A stretch of DNA of 64,000 nucleotides from Scenedesmus sp. PABB004 (Eukaryota). Where the stretch lies: NCBI GenBank assembly GCA_014905635.1, contig JABVCE010000002.1:310001-374000 (forward strand), in the 5' to 3' direction. The notes beneath the pieces are model-generated. The model searched no databases. It had not been told where the DNA came from and saw nothing but the letters and a program-made list of their open reading frames with translations. A program made the position numbers and the translations under genes. Each line of letters begins with the position of its first letter. Position 1 is the stretch's first letter. This document shows, piece after piece, positions 34,940-48,622 of the stretch.

Positions 34940-37730
34940 TCAGCTGGCGCCGCCGCCGGGCACGAGCTCCGCGACCGGCACCTCGGCCTGCGTGCGCGCG
35001 GCGAGGTCGCGCACCGCGACCGCGCCGCGGCCCCACTCCTCGCCGCCCACGAGCAGCAGGCGCGCCGCGCCCGCGCGCTCGGCCTGCTTGAACGCCCACT
35101 TGAGCTTCTTGAGCTCGAGCACCAGGTCGACGCGGCGCCCCGCGGCGCGCAGCCGCGCCGCGACGCCGCACGCGGCGGGGCGCAGCGCCTCGTCCATGAC
35201 CAGCACCACGTCGTCCACCTGGCGCGGCGCGGAGTGGGCGGAGGGGGGGGGGGCTGAGAATTTGACCGAGGCCTGAGGGGTGCGCCCCCGGGCGCGACGC
35301 AGCGGCAGAGCGCGCCCCACGCACCCCGCCCGCCGCGCCCCCGCGCGGCGCGCACCTGCTGCGCGGGCGCGGGCAGCAGGCCCCGGTCCTTGAGCAGCTC
35401 CACGATGACCGCGTCGCCAAACCCAAACCCGGCGCAGGGGACGTCCTCGCCGCCAAACGTGCCCAGCAGCGCGTCGTAGCGCCCGCCGCCGCAGATCGCG
35501 CGCAGCGCGCCCGCGCGGTCAAAGCCCTCAAACACGACGCCCGTGTAGTAGGCCAGGCCGCGCACGACGCTCGCGTCAAAGACCAGCCACTCCTGCCAGG
35601 CGCGACGCGGCGCAGCGCAGCACGCGTTCAGCGCGGTCGGCGCGGTCGGCTTCGTCGGCGGCGGCGGCGCCGTCGTCGGCGGCGGCGGACGCGGCCGAGC
35701 CCCGGCCCCCAGGCCCTCGGCCCGCGCACCTGGAAGCCGTAGCCCTCCGCCAGCGCCCACAGCCGGCGCAGGTCGGCCAGCGCGTCGCCGCCCTGGTCGC
35801 CGAGCAGCCCCCGAGCGCGTCGAGGTCGCGGCACGCGAGCGCCGACAGGATGCCTGCGGCGCGGGGTGCGCGGCCACGTGTGCCGCGGCGCCGGCGCCGC
35901 GCGCGCCGCCGGCTCTCGGCCGCTGGGGCGCCGCGCCCGCCGCCGCGGCGCGCGCACCGTCGATGGCGTCCGCCGCGACGCCCAGCGCCGCCAGCTCCTC
36001 CTCAACCTTGTCGCGCGGCAGCTTCTCCAGCTTGTCCACCACCACGCACACCTGCGCGGCACGCGCGCCGGCGACCCGGCGACTCGGCTGGCCGCCGCCG
36101 CGGGCCGCCCCGCCCGGCGCGCGCCCGCCCTGCCCCGCCCTGCGCGGCGCGGCCTGCCGCGCCCCGGGCCCCCGGGTCCCGGGCGGAGCCGGCGGCGCGC
36201 ACCTGCGCAAAGTTGGCACGCGGCACCGCATACCGCTCCAGCACCGCGGCGAGCACCTTGCGCGAGGAGACCTTGAGCCCCACGTCCGCGGGCGTGAGCC
36301 CGAGGCGCTCAAAGAACGCCACGATCGCCGCGAGCAGCTCCGCCTCGGCCTCCACGCCTGCGGGCGGGCGCGCGGCACGCGCGCGGGCGGGCGCGCCTCG
36401 GCGCGCCGCCGCGGCGGGCGCGCGGCGGCGCGTCCGCGCAGCGCTGCTGCGTGGCGCAGCGCGTGCACAGCGCGCGCAGCGCGCAGCGTCAGGCCGCCCA
36501 CCTGTGACGCCAATGACGTCCATGTTCCACTGGTAGTGCTCGCGCCGCCGCCCGCGCGTCATGCGCTCGTACCGCCAGCACTGTGGACGCGCGGCGCCCG
36601 CGGCGGCGGCGGCGGCGTGTCGGCGCGCTGGGCGGCTGGCGCGGCGCGCGGCGGGCTGCGCCCCGTGCGCGGCCCGGGGCCCGCGCCCCGTGCGCGCGCG
36701 CACCTGGCCGATGATCCACCACTTCTGCGGCAGCGCGAGGCCCTTGCCCTTGCCCAGCACGAGGCGCGCGAGGCTGGGCGTGATCTCCGGCCGCAGCGCA
36801 ACGCGCCGCCCGCCCTTGTCCTGGCGGGGCGCGCGCGACGGCGGCGGCGGCCGCGGCGGACGTGGGCCCGGGGCGGCGGCCGCGGCGCGCCCCGACGCAC
36901 CCCGCCGGGGCGCTGCCGCCGCCCGCGCTGCCCGCGCTGCCCGCGCTGCCCGCGCTGCCCGCGCTGCCCCACCTGGAAGTTGTAGAGCTGGTCCGTTATC
37001 TCCTCGCCCGCCTTGCGCACGAACAGCTCCTCGCTCTCCAGCACGGGGACGTCAAACTGCTCAAAGCCAAACAGCTGCGCGACCGCCTCCATCTCCCCGA
37101 ACAGCCAGTTGCGCAGCCGCATCTCCTCGGGGTAGAAGTCACGCGTGCCTGGCCAGGCACACGGGCGCGCGCGGGCGCACGTGGGCGCGCGGGCGCGCGC
37201 GCGGCGCGGCTGCGTGCCCCGCGCCGCCGCGGCGGGCAGGTCGGCGCGGCGGCGCCCGGGCGCGTCGCGCACCGCGGGGCGGGCTGGTGTCGATCATGCC
37301 CTTGGCGCCCGGCGCCGCGGGGCCCGCCGCGCCGACCTTGCGCGCCGCCTTGCCGCCGGCGGCCTTGCCCGCCTCGGCCTGCGGCTGCTCCGCAGGCTCG
37401 GCGGCCGGCGCCGGCTGCTGCTGCTCCGCCTGCGGATGGTGGGCGCTCACATGAGCGCCTGGCGGCACGGCGGCGCCGCGGTGCCGGCACAGCAGCGCTC
37501 GCCGGTCGCAGCGCTGGCCAGCGCGGGCGGCGCCGCGCCGCGCGCGATGCGGCGGCGGCCTGCATTGAGCACCCAGGGCCCGACGAAGCTCCGTCTCGCA
37601 CCTGGGAGACGGCGGAGGCCGCGGCCAGCCTGTGGTGGCGCGCCTGCTGCTGCCGCGCGCCCGCCAGGCGGGCCACGAGCTGGCGCGAGCCCGCCAGGGC
37701 GCCGCGTGAGCACGAGAGCTGGGACAGCAT
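34940..37730 (-). CDS. Histidyl-tRNA synthetase, organellar type
   Basis: [57 protein letters not shown]; transit peptide; 1-bp frameshift at 35808-35812. Confidence 0.95.
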
Positions 37731-38219
37731 GGCGACTGCGGCCCCGCTGCGCTGCCAGGGGCCCGCCGCGCGGAGCGAGGGCGCGGCGCGGCGCGAGCAG
37801 GCCGTCAATTGCTGCGCGCAGCGTCAGGCAGTCGCACGGCACGATGATCATGCGGTGGTGCTGGTGGCGGGCGCTGCTCAGCGTTTGCGCGCGTCGGTCA
37901 GTGCTGGAAGGCCAGGCGTCGCAAGACGCCGCTGCTGTGCCCCCGCAGCGCGTTCAGCGTGTGTCCGTCGGCCACCGGGAGCGAGCGACGACGCCGCGCC
38001 CACCGGTCTGCCGCACACGCGCGCCGCACACCGCCACCGCCATCTCGCGCGCGCCACCGCCGCCCAGCGCGGTGCGCCCGGTCAGGGCGGTGGACGGGAC
38101 GAACCTGAGCCGCTCTCCCGCTCGCGCCGCTCGCGCGAGCCCGCCGGCAGCCGGCAGCCGCCGCGGCGGCCGAGCAGCGGCGGCGGCGCGCGCCCCCGCC
38201 GGGCGCAGCGGGGGCAGCC

Positions 38220-40565
38220 ATGTCCAAGGGCACCAAGGCCGCCAAGAAGTTCGCCCAGGCCAAGGCCAAGGGCACCGTGCGCTTCGGCAAGAAGCACCAC
38301 AAGCGCGCCGGCCATGGTGCGCGCGGCGGCGGCGCGGCGGCTGCGCGGGCCGCGGCCGCGCAGCGCGCCGCCGGCGCCCCTCACGCGCCCGCCGCCCGTG
38401 CAGGCGCCAAGCCTGGCGGCGCGGCGCCCGCGGCCGCGCAGCCGCCGCGCGGCGCGCAGCCGGGCAGCGCGAGCCGGCTGGAGGACATGGCCGTCGATGA
38501 TTTCCTGGACGGCGGCTTTGAGGACGCGGGTGCGCGCCGCCGCGCCCGCGGGGCAGCGGGGCAGCGGGGCGGGGCCGGGGCGCCGCGCGGCGGGGCGCGC
38601 GGCCCGCTGTCGCTCCCCCGGGCGCGCCGCGCCGCGCCGCCCACGCCCGCGCCTGCGCCCGCGCCCGCCGCCGCCGCGCGCAGTCGCGAGCGACAGCGAT
38701 GGCGTGCCGAGCGGCAGCGACGACCCGGGGAGCGACAGCGGCGGCGCCGAGCCCGGCAGCGACAGCGGGCTGGAGGACATGAGCGGCGGCGAGGACGACG
38801 GACCCCCGCCGAGCGGCAGCGACAAGGAGGAGGGCGGCAGCGACAGCGAGGCCGACGACGAGGCGGCCGCGCGCGGCGACGCGGGGCCCGAGGCCGCGGC
38901 GGTCGCGGGCGACAACGTGCGCCTGCGCGGCGAGGTGTCGCGGCACAAGGCGCAGCTGGAGGCGCTGCGGGAGAAGGACCCAGAGTTCTATGCCTACCTG
39001 CAGGTGTGACGCCCCAGCGCCCGGCGGCGGCAGCGGGGGCACGGGAACCTCGGGCGCTCGCCCGCGGCGGCGGCGGTACATGTGTGTGTGTGCGCGCGCG
39101 CTGAGCGCTCCCCCGCCCTGCCGCGCTGCGCGCAGGCGACCGACGCGGGGCTGCTGGGCTTTGGCGAGGGCGAGGACGACGACGAGGGAGGCCTGGAGGA
39201 CCTCAGCGGCAGCAGCAGCGAGGACGAGGCCGGCACCGACGGCGACGCGCAGGCGCCCGCGCGCAAGGCGGCGGCCAAGGCCAAGGCCAAGGCCAAGGCC
39301 GCTGCGGCGGCGGCGGACGAGGAGGAGGAGGACGGCGACGACGACGACGGCGGCGCGGCGCCGGGCGGCGGCGAGGCGGCACGCAAGGGCGTGCACGTGA
39401 CGAGCGCGATGGTGGAGGCCTGGTGCGCGTCGGCGCTCGACAAGGGCAGCCTGGGCGCGATGATGCAGCTGGTGAAGGCCTACCGCGCGGCGTGCCACTA
39501 CGGCGACAGCGAGGACGCGCTCGAGGCGGGGCTGACCATCACCAGCGGCGCCGTGTACAACCGCGTGCTGCTCTTCATGCTCAAGGAGGCGGACGGCGTC
39601 TTCCGCCGCATGCTCGGCCTGCCCCTCGACGCGAGCTCCGCCGCGGGCGGCGCCGGCGGCGCGCCGCGCGGCGGCGCCACGCTGCTGTCCGAGGCCGTGG
39701 CCAAGGCGCCGCGCTGGCGCAAGGTGCGGCGGCCGCGCGCGCGGGCCGCGCCGCCGCCGACGCCGTGCCGCCGCCGCCGCCGCGCTGAGCCGGCGCGCGC
39801 CGCCGCGGGTGCGCAGGTCGAGCCGCTGGTCAAGAGCTACCTTGGCAACACGCTGCACCTGCTGGGCAGCATGAGCCAGGCAGCCATGACCGCGTACGCG
39901 CTGCGCCGCCTGCGACCGAGCGCCGCCTTCCTGGGGCCCTTCCCCCGCCTCGCCAAGAAGCTGCTGCGCACCGCGCTGGAGCTGTTTGGCAGCGACGAGC
40001 AGGGCCCGCGCCTGCAGGTGCGGCGCCGAGCGCGGCGCGCGCGCACGCGCCCGCGGCGGCGCCGCAGCACCGCCCCCCCCTCCCCCTGCCGCACGGCGCG
40101 CCCTCCACGCCCCCGCCGACGCCATCCGCCCGCCCCGCGCGCGCAGGCGCTGCTGCTCGTGCGCCAGATGGGCCTGGTGCTGCCGCCGCCGATGCTGCAG
40201 ACGGTGCTGCGCGGCGCGTACCGGTCGTACGCGAGCCACGCCAAGTTTGTCACGCCCGGCAGCCTCCCCGGCCTCGCCTTCATGGCCGCGGGCCTGGTGG
40301 AGCTCTCCAGCCTCGACCTCGCCGTCACATACCAGGCGCGGCGGCGCGCCGCGCGGGCCTCGGCAGCAGCGCGCGCGCGCGCGCGCGCGCGTGGTGCGCC
40401 GCCGGCGCAGCGCCGTGTGTGACGCGGCCCGCCGCACGCCGCCGCCGCCGCCGCCGCGCAGGTCGGCTTTGTCGCGATCCGCGAGCTCGCGGTGCTGCTG
40501 CGCAACGCGCTGGCCGCCAAGACCGCCGACGCGCACAAGGAGGTCTACTGCTGGCAGGCACGACA

Positions 40566-40596
<31 letters not shown>

Positions 40597-42825
40597 GGCA
40601 GACCTGCCTAGCTTGCGCTGGGCCCAGCCCAGCGCTGCAGGCCCCGCCGCAGCGCGGCTCGCGGCTCGCCGACCGCTGCCCGCGCGCCGCGCGCCGGCGC
40701 GCGCAGACGCTCAACTGCCTGGAGGTGTGGGCCAAGGTGCTCGCCGCGGCGGCGCCGCGCGGCAGCCTGTCGCCGCTGGTGTACCCGCTGTCGCAGCTGC
40801 TGCTCGGCGCGGCGCGCCTCGTGCCCACGCCGCGCTACTTCCCCATACGGCTGCGCCTCGTGCGCGCGGTCAACCGCCTCGCCCAGGTGCGGCGCGCCGC
40901 GGCAGGCGGGCGCACGGCGCGCGGCGCGCGCCGGCGCCGCGCCCGCGCCGCTGCGCGCGACGCGGCTGCCGCCGCCGCGCGCGCGCCGCGCCGCGCGTTA
41001 GGCGACGGGGACGTACATCCCGGTGTCGCCGCTGCTGCTGGAGATGCTGCACTGGAGCGAGCTGCGCCGCACGCCCAGCGGCGGCGCGGGCGCGCCGCCC
41101 GACCTGCTGCTGCTGCTGCGGCTGAGCAAGGCGCAGCTCAAGTCGGCGGCGCTGCAGGAGGAGGTGGTGTCCCAGGTGGGCCCCGCCGCAGCGGCGGCGC
41201 GGGCGGGCCGCGCGCGACGGGCGCCGCGCCCGCTGCACGGCGCCGCGCGCCGACGTCGGGCGCCGCGCCGCCGCGCGCAGGTGCTGGAGCTGCTGGCCGA
41301 CCACCTGCGCCAGTGGGCGACCAGCCCGGCCTTCCCGGAGGCCTCCCACCTGCCCTGCGTCGCGCTGCGCGGCTTTGCCAAGGGCTGCGCCGTCGAGCGC
41401 TTCAGGTCCGCGCGCCGGCCGCCGCCGGCGGCTGGCCGCCGCTGGCGCGCGCGTCGCCGGCGCCCTCACGCTCCATGCCTGTGCTCGCGCCGCAGGCGGT
41501 CCGCCAAGGCGCTGACGGACGCGCTGGAGCGCAACGCGCGCTGGGTGGGCGCGGCGCGCGACGGCGCGTCGTTTGCGCCGCACAACCTCGCCGCGGTGGC
41601 GGCCTTCCTGGCGGACGACAGCGACAGGGCCAAGGTGCGGGGCCGCGGCGCTGGCGCGGGCTCGCGCGGCGCGTGCGCCCGGCGCGCCGCGCGAGCGAGC
41701 CAACACGCCGCGCTCTGCGCCGCGCCGCAGTCGCCGCTGGTGCAGTACGCGACCGACCTGCTGCGCAAGGCGGCGCAGCGCATGGCGATGCGCAGCAGCG
41801 CGGTGCAGGAGCTGGTCGTCGCGGAGCCGGGCGCCGGGCGGCGCGACCGGCGCGCGGCGCTGCAGGCTGCGCCGGCGGACGGCGACAGCGAGGAGGAGGA
41901 GGAGGAGGAGGAGCAGGAGGAGCAGGAGGAGGAGCAGGGTGAGCCAGGGGCTGCGCGCCGCTCGGGGGCCGCGCTGCTCGCGGCGGCGTGCGCCGCCTGT
42001 CCATGCGCAGCGAGCTGTCGCCGCGCCCGGCCGCGGCCGATCGCGCCCCGCCTGCCCGCGCGCCGCAGGCAACCTGGCGCGCCTCATGGCGGCGGGCGAG
42101 GGCTCCGAGGACGAGGACGACGAGGCCATTGCGGGTGCGCGGCGCGCACGCGACGCGGGCGCCGCCGCCCGAGCGCCGCGCGCGGCGCGGGCTGTCGCAG
42201 CTGGCCCGGCGCGCCCGCCTCACCAGCAGCCGCGCCGGCTGGCCCGCCGCCCCGCCCCCGCCCGCCAGGAGCTGCCAAGAAGATGATGCGGCAGACGGAG
42301 AAGCGCGTCAAGCGCGCGGCCGCGGCCGCGGCGGCTGGCGGCAGCGGCGACGACGAGGACGGCGCCGTGGGGGACCAGGTCGCCGAGTACGAGCTGTCGG
42401 ACGAGGGCGGCAGCGACGAGGGCGGCAGCGACGAGCCCATGCCCGGCGGCAGCAGTGACGAGGAGGAGGAGGAGGAGGGCTCGGAGGAGGGCACGCAGGA
42501 GGAGGACGGCCAGGAGGACAGCGGCAGCGACGAGGGCGGCGGCGGCCTCCAGCGCCAGCAGCAGCAGCAGCGCGGCGGCGGGCGTGGCCGCGGCGGCGGG
42601 CGCGGCCGCGGCGCGCCACGCGGCGGCGAGCACCACCACGGGGGCGGCAGGGGCCGCGGCGGCCCGCCCGCCCGGGGCGGCGTGCAGAAGCGCGACGGCG
42701 GGCGCGGCGGCGGTCGCGGCGGCGGGCGCGGCGGCGGCCGTGGCGGGGGGCGCGGCGGGGGGCGCGGCGCCGGCGGCGGCCGTGGGCGCGGCGGTGGGCG
42801 CGGGCGTGGCGGCGGCAGGCGCTGA
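38220..42825 (+). CDS. NOC2: Nucleolar complex protein 2 homolog with acidic/RGG tail
   Basis: HKAQLEALREKDPEFYAYLQ, AYRAACHYG, GFVAIRELAVLLRNAL, VYCWQ, LVPTPRYFPIRL, PAFPE; about 13 introns. Confidence 0.94.
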
Positions 42826-42941
42826 GCTGCGTCTGTGGGCTGTGACCGCTGCGTGCAACAAAGGCGCGTGCGTCTGGGACGGCGGTCGCCGGGGCAGCGT
42901 TGCACGCCCGGCGCGCAGCGCCGCCGCGCCGCGCCGCGCGG

Positions 42942-45087
42942 TCACGCGCCGAGCATCGCCGCCACGACCGCCTGCTGCTCCGGCTCGACGAGCGTGCGCG
43001 CGGTGTCGCCCAGGCGCGCCAGCACGTCCGGCTCGGCCCAGCCGGCCAGCTCCTCGGCGATGAGGTCGACCTGGGACGACCCGGGGGACAGCAGCGGCAT
43101 GCCGCCGAGCAGGCTCGACAGCGCCGCGAGCGCGGTCGCGGCCGCGACGTCGTCGCCCTTCTTGGCGGCGGTGTAGGCCTGCGGCAACGCGCAGCGCGGC
43201 GCGGCGCGCGCTCGGCGGCGGCGCGTGGGGGCCGCGGCCTCTGCCCCGCACGGGCCACAGGCGGCGGCGGCGCGGCGCGCCTCGATCACGCGCGCGCGGC
43301 AGTGCCCCGCGACCCAGTTGCTGGCCATGCCGATCGCGCGCTCGTCGGGGATCTGCAGGTCCTGCGCCACGCCCGCCACAAAGCCCAGCGGCGAGCTGTC
43401 GGCGAGCTCCGACACGTCCACGCTCGACGGCTCCAGGCACCTGGCGGCCGTCAGCCCGGCGCGCAGCGGCGCGCGTCAGCCCGGCAGCACGCCGTGCTGT
43501 GCTGCCGGCGGCGGCGGCCGTGGCCGCGGCCGCCACGCCGCTCGGTGGGGGCTCACCGCCGCACCGCCCCGTCGACGGCGGCCTTGAAGATCGCGTCGCG
43601 CCCGCCCACGGTGCGCGCGTCGACGGTCACGCCGCCGCCCGCCTGGCAGGTGCGGCGCAGCGCCGCGATGTCCGCCAGGCGGTAGTCCTGCCCCCGGTTC
43701 TTGGCCTGCTCGATGCGCGCCAGCTGGCTGCTCGCCTGCAGCTGCGCCGCCGCGCGCGCGGCGTCGTCGGCCGCGAACGACATCGGCGGCTGCCACCTGC
43801 GCGCGCGCGCGGGCGCGGGGCGGGCCGGGGGACGTGCGTGGGCCGGGGCGGGCGCAGGCGCAGGCGCAGGCACAGGCACAGGCGCGCGCGGCCGCGGCGG
43901 GAGGCCGCACTGCTGCGGGCGCACCAGTCGGGCGGCTGGTACGGCGCCGCCGCCTTGCGCGCCGCAGCCGCCTTGGCCGCCGCCTTGGACGTGAGCTCGT
44001 CAAACGCGGCGTCCGACAGCTGCTCCGGGAGCTCGCCCGTGTCGTACGCGACCCAGACCTGCCGGCGGCGGCGGCGCGGCGGCCTGAGCTGGGCGGGGCG
44101 CTGCGCCCAGACGCGCGCGGGGGCGCCTCCCGCCGCCGCCGCGCCGCCGCGCCGCGCCGAGCCGCGCCGCGCCACGCCGCGCCGCGCCGCGCCGCGGGCC
44201 CGGCACCTTCTTGCCGCCCATGCTGCGGTCGTAGACCCAGCGCCCCTTGGCGGCGCGCCCGCCGGCCGCCTTGCTGCGCTGCCAGCCGGCCCACACGCCG
44301 GCGAAGATCAGGCCAAACGCGAGCGGGCCGGTGAAGTCGGCGCCGCCGACGCGGATGCTCAGCAGCGCGTCGTCGTCGTAGCGGCGCTGCGACGACTGCT
44401 GCAGCGACATGAGCTTCAGCTTCTGCTCCGCCTCGCGCCGCCTGCCGCTCTCGCTCTGCGCGCGGCGCGGGCGCGCGCGCCACGCGGCGGCGGCGGCGGC
44501 GCGTGCGTCGGCCGCCGACGGCGGGGCACGCCGCGGGCAGCGCACCACGCCGGCGCGCGCGTGCGCCGCGCCGCCGCACGTCTGCCCGCTTTTTCTCGGC
44601 CTCCAGCTGCCGCTCCAGCTCCCGCACGCGCGACGCCGTGGCGTGCTCGACCTGGCGGCGCAGCAGCGGCGGGCGCGCGCGTGAGCGCCGGGCGGCGCGC
44701 CGCCGACGACGCTGTGGCATCTCCCTGCCCCCCTGGCCGCGCGTGGGCGCGCACCTCGACGATGGAGTCGGCCCAGGTGTCGGTGAAGCGCTCGCCGATG
44801 TGCCGGTGGTGCCTGCGCGGCACCCAGTGCTCCGCCTCGGCCCGCGCCGCGCCAGCGTGCGATGCAAAGGCCACTGTGGCAGCCAGAGCGATCACCGCGC
44901 CGCGAAGCTGCTGCGCCTGGGCGGGAGGCAGCTCTGATTGCGACCGCTCCTGCTCCGGCTGCCCCGCGCCCGCCGCCGCCCGGGCGGGGCACAGGCGGCA
45001 CGGCGTGACGCGGGAGGTGCTGGCGCTGCCACGCACGGGCAGCGCGCCCGCGGCGCGCCGGCCCGGCGCCGGGAGGGGCCGCAGCAT
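42942..45087 (-). CDS. Conserved plastid-targeted membrane protein of unknown function
   Basis: Transit peptide, coiled coil, TM segment GPLAFGLIFAGVWAGW, GRWVYDRSMGGK motif, GQDYRLADIAALRRTC; six introns. Confidence 0.7.
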
Positions 45088-45215
45088 AGCGCTGCTGCTG
45101 CTGCTGCCGCTGTCCGGCCGCTGCCGGTGCGTTGGCGGTGCGGGCGCCTACTTGCGTGATCAGAACGCCGGTGTGCGTCGTGAGCCTCGCCTGGCGCGTG
45201 TGAGTTACTCGAGGT

Positions 45216-45741
45216 TCAACGACGACCCCGCCGCCGCCCGGGGTGCTGCGGCACCGCGCCCCGCCCCCTGCTCGCCAGGCCACGGCAGAGGCGCCGGTTG
45301 CCCAGATCCAGCTGCGACGCCACCGCAGCGGTGCAGCCGCCCGGCCGCAGCTGCCCAGCGTCTGCGGCGCGGCGCGGCGCGGCGGGCGTGAGGCGGCGAC
45401 GCACGGCGCCCGCCGCTGCGCCGCGCCGCCCCGCGCCGCGCCACGCACCAGCCGCCCGCCGGCGCAGCCGCGGCGGTGGTGGCTGCGTCCTGCGCTGCGC
45501 TGCTGCTTCCGCCGGCACCGCCGCCCCGGCCGGCGCGGCGTGGACGACCGTGCCCGCTTGCGCGACGACGGTCAGCGGCACGGTGCAGTGGGCCTTGCAG
45601 TAGTCTGCCACGCTCATGCCGCCCAGCAGGCTCGCGAGGCGGGAGCGCTGGTGGTGCTGCGCGCCGACAAACACGTGCGCCGCGCCCTGCCGCGGGGTCC
45701 GGAGCCGGCGCGCTCAGCACGGGCGCGGCGGCGCGCCCGAC

Positions 45742-45778
<37 letters not shown>

Positions 45779-46325
45779 GCGCACCAGCTCCGCCGCTTTG
45801 CTGCACACGAGCCGGCCGACGGTCTTGGCGTCCAGCGACGCCTGCACGAGGTGCACCTGCGGCGTGATGCCCAGCGCGTGCAGCGCGGCCAGGAAGCGCT
45901 GCGCCAGCATCTCCGTCGCGACGCGCTGCGCCTCGACCGGGTGCGCCTGCGCCGGGCGGCGCGGCGCGCCCGTGCGCGTCAGCGGTCGGCCGCGCGGGGG
46001 CCGAGGCGGCGGCCAGGGCGGCCGCGGCGACCAACAACGGCGCGCCTGTTCGAAGTAGTCGCCGCGCGGGAGGTCTCCGCGCGGCGCGCTCGCGATGCGC
46101 AGCGTGACGTGCAGCAGGTGCACGCGGTCGCCCGGCTGCAGCTCGTTGTCGAGCACCCAGTCAAACATGACCTGCGGAGCAAAGCGGCGGCAGCGTCGCG
46201 GCAGCGTCGCGGCTGCGGCAGCAGCGTCGCAGCGGCGCCGGGCGGGCGTGGCGCCGCGCTCGGAGGTGCGCCTGCGACTGCGGCGTGTCGTCCACCGCGA
46301 GCAGCAGCTCCCGTGGCGGCGGCAT
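45216..46325 (-). CDS. Universal stress protein (USP) domain protein (3' end uncertain)
   Basis: RELLLAVDDTPQSQ|VMFDWVLDN..GDRVHLLHV..LCSKAAEL-like segment..LLGGMSVADYCKAHCTVPLTVV; two GC-AG introns. Confidence 0.85.
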
Positions 46326-46734
46326 GGGCGCGGCGGCGGCTGCACGGGCAAACGGCAAGCGGCAGCAGCGGCGGCACCGGCGGCAGCGGCGGCGGCAGCG
46401 GCGTGGTGGTGGCGCTGGCAGCAGCGAGCTGATGGCGGCGGTGGTGGCGGTGTTGCGGGCGGGCGGACGGGTGCTGCGGCGTCGGGGAGTCGGACGCGCC
46501 GCCGCGCGCGTCACTCCTTCAAACCCGGCGCGGCGCGCAGCTCGTGAAACACCTCTCCCCCGCCCGCCCGTCGCCTCACACCCGCGGCCCGCACACGGTC
46601 ACCGGCACTGCAGTCAACTGCCCCCGCGGCGCGCGCCGAGCGACGGGCCGCGGCAGCAGCAGCGGGTGCCGCCGCGTACGCAGCGCGCTCGGCGCCGCCG
46701 TCGACGCCGCAGTCTGCCGGCTGGTCCAGAAGCG

Positions 46735-48002
46735 ATGGCAGCGTCAGCTCGGGGCAGCACCGCGCGCTGTCCCGAGCACGTCGCGCGCGGCGCACCGCTG
46801 GCGCCGCTGCTGCGGCCGCGCGGGCGGCGGCGCGCCGCGGCGGTCCGCGTGGCCGGCGCCGGCGCGCCGGTGGTGCTGGTGCAGGACGGCCAGCTCGTGG
46901 CGTCGCCGCCGGCGTCGCCGCAGGAGCTGCTGGCGCAGCAGCGGGCGTGGTCGTACACGACGGCGCTCGCGCCGGGCGGCGACGGCTGCCGCGTGGTGGA
47001 CTGGCCCCTGCACCTGCGCCGCCTCGCGAGGTGGTGGCCGCAGCGCGCCACGCCGGCGCGCGGTGGCCGCGCGCCGCGCTCACGCGGGCCGCGCCGCCGC
47101 CGCAGGAACGTGGAGCTGCTGGGCGAGCAGCGGCCGCCGGCGTACGCGCCGTTCCTGGCCTGGCTGCGCGAGCAGGTGGGAGGGGGTTGGGCAGGCAGGC
47201 TGCGGCGTGGCCGCAGCGCCCGGGGGCGGCAGCCCGCCCGCGCGTCGCGACGCCGCCCGCCTCGCCCGCGCCGCGCAGCCGCCCGGCACGAGCGCCGCGG
47301 GCGCAATCGACCGCCTGGTTCGCGGCCAGGTCGCGGCGGCGCTGCGGCAGCTGGCGGCGCAGCCGCCGGAGCAGGGGCTGGCGGAGGAGGCGCGGGCGAT
47401 GGTCGCAGTCGTCCTGACAGACCCGCAGCCGCCGCAGCCGCCGCAGTCGCCGCCGCTGTCGGTGCTTGTGTGGGCCAAGCGCCTGCCGCCGGCGGGCGCG
47501 GCGCCGCGGCCGGCGCGCGTGCTCGTGGCGGGCGCGCCGCGGCCGCTCGCGGGCGCGAAGCACTGCGACTGGGTGGTGGCGCGCGCGCCGCTCGAGGCGG
47601 CCAAGGCGCAGGCGGGCGCGGACGAGGTGCTGCTCGCTGACGGCCGCGGCGCGCTGCTGGAGGGCCTGGTCAACAACTGGTTTGTGGTCGCCGATGCCGC
47701 GGCGCTGGGCGCGCAGGACTCGCAGCCCGGCGCCGCCCGTGCCGGCGGCGGCGTGGCGGGGCTCGTGCTGCTGACCGCTGCCGAGGGCGACGCCGCACTG
47801 CCGGGCGTGGCGCAGCAGCGCGTGCTGCAGGCCGCCGCGGCGGTGGGGCTGGCGGTGGAGCGGCGCCCGCCCCTCGCCGCCGAGGCGCACGCGTGGCGGG
47901 AAGCCTTCCTCACCAACGCGTGAGCGGGCGGGGACGAGGCGGCGCCGCGGCGGGGACAACGCGGCGGCCTCTTCGCCGCCGCCGAGGCACACCTGGCGCT
48001 CA

Positions 48003-48047
<45 letters not shown>

Positions 48048-48200
48048 GCCCGCAGCGTGCGCGGCATCCAGCCGGTGGGTCACGTGCAGCTCGCGCCGGG
48101 GCGGGCCTGGGAGCCGCCGCCTGGCAGCGGCGCCGTGACGGCGCTGCTGCAGCGCGCGCTGGCTGAGGCGCAGGAGGTCGCCGACCTGGGCGATGCGTGA
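46735..48200 (+). CDS. Class IV PLP-dependent aminotransferase-like (D-amino acid transaminase/ADC lyase fold)
   Basis: SYTT, WPLHLRRL, AKHCDW (PLP Lys), EVLL..LLEGLVNNWFV, LPGVAQ, EAFLTNA|VRGIQPV. Confidence 0.85.
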
Positions 48201-48622
48201 CGGCGTCACCGCGGGGCGGTTCTCTTTCTTACCGGGAAAGAATAAGCGTGGGATCGCTGTCGTTGCGCGCAGCTAGAGCTAGGCAGCCAGTCACAAAACC
48301 CTGGCATGAAAATGGTAGCACGCAGCACAACTCGGCCCGCACCGGCGGGCTGCGCATCGTTGACGTCGCCCTGACACGCAACGCCGACGGCACTGACCAC
48401 TGACCACTGACCACTGACCACGCCACCCGACACAGCGGCAGCCTCTGCTCATCCATCAACGGCAAGCTCACCATCAACGGCAACCGCTCGCCCCCCGCCG
48501 CGCCTCACGTCGGCGGTCCCACTGCGTGCAGCGCAGCGCCGGCCCGCGTCACCGGTTCAGCCACGCCCTCGTTGCGTTTGTGTCACACACTCAAGCTGTC
48601 GCCCAGCGGGGCGGAGCTCCGC

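Noticed and set aside
42570..42822. RGG repeat tail on NOC2
   Set aside because: Common low-complexity feature of nucleolar proteins
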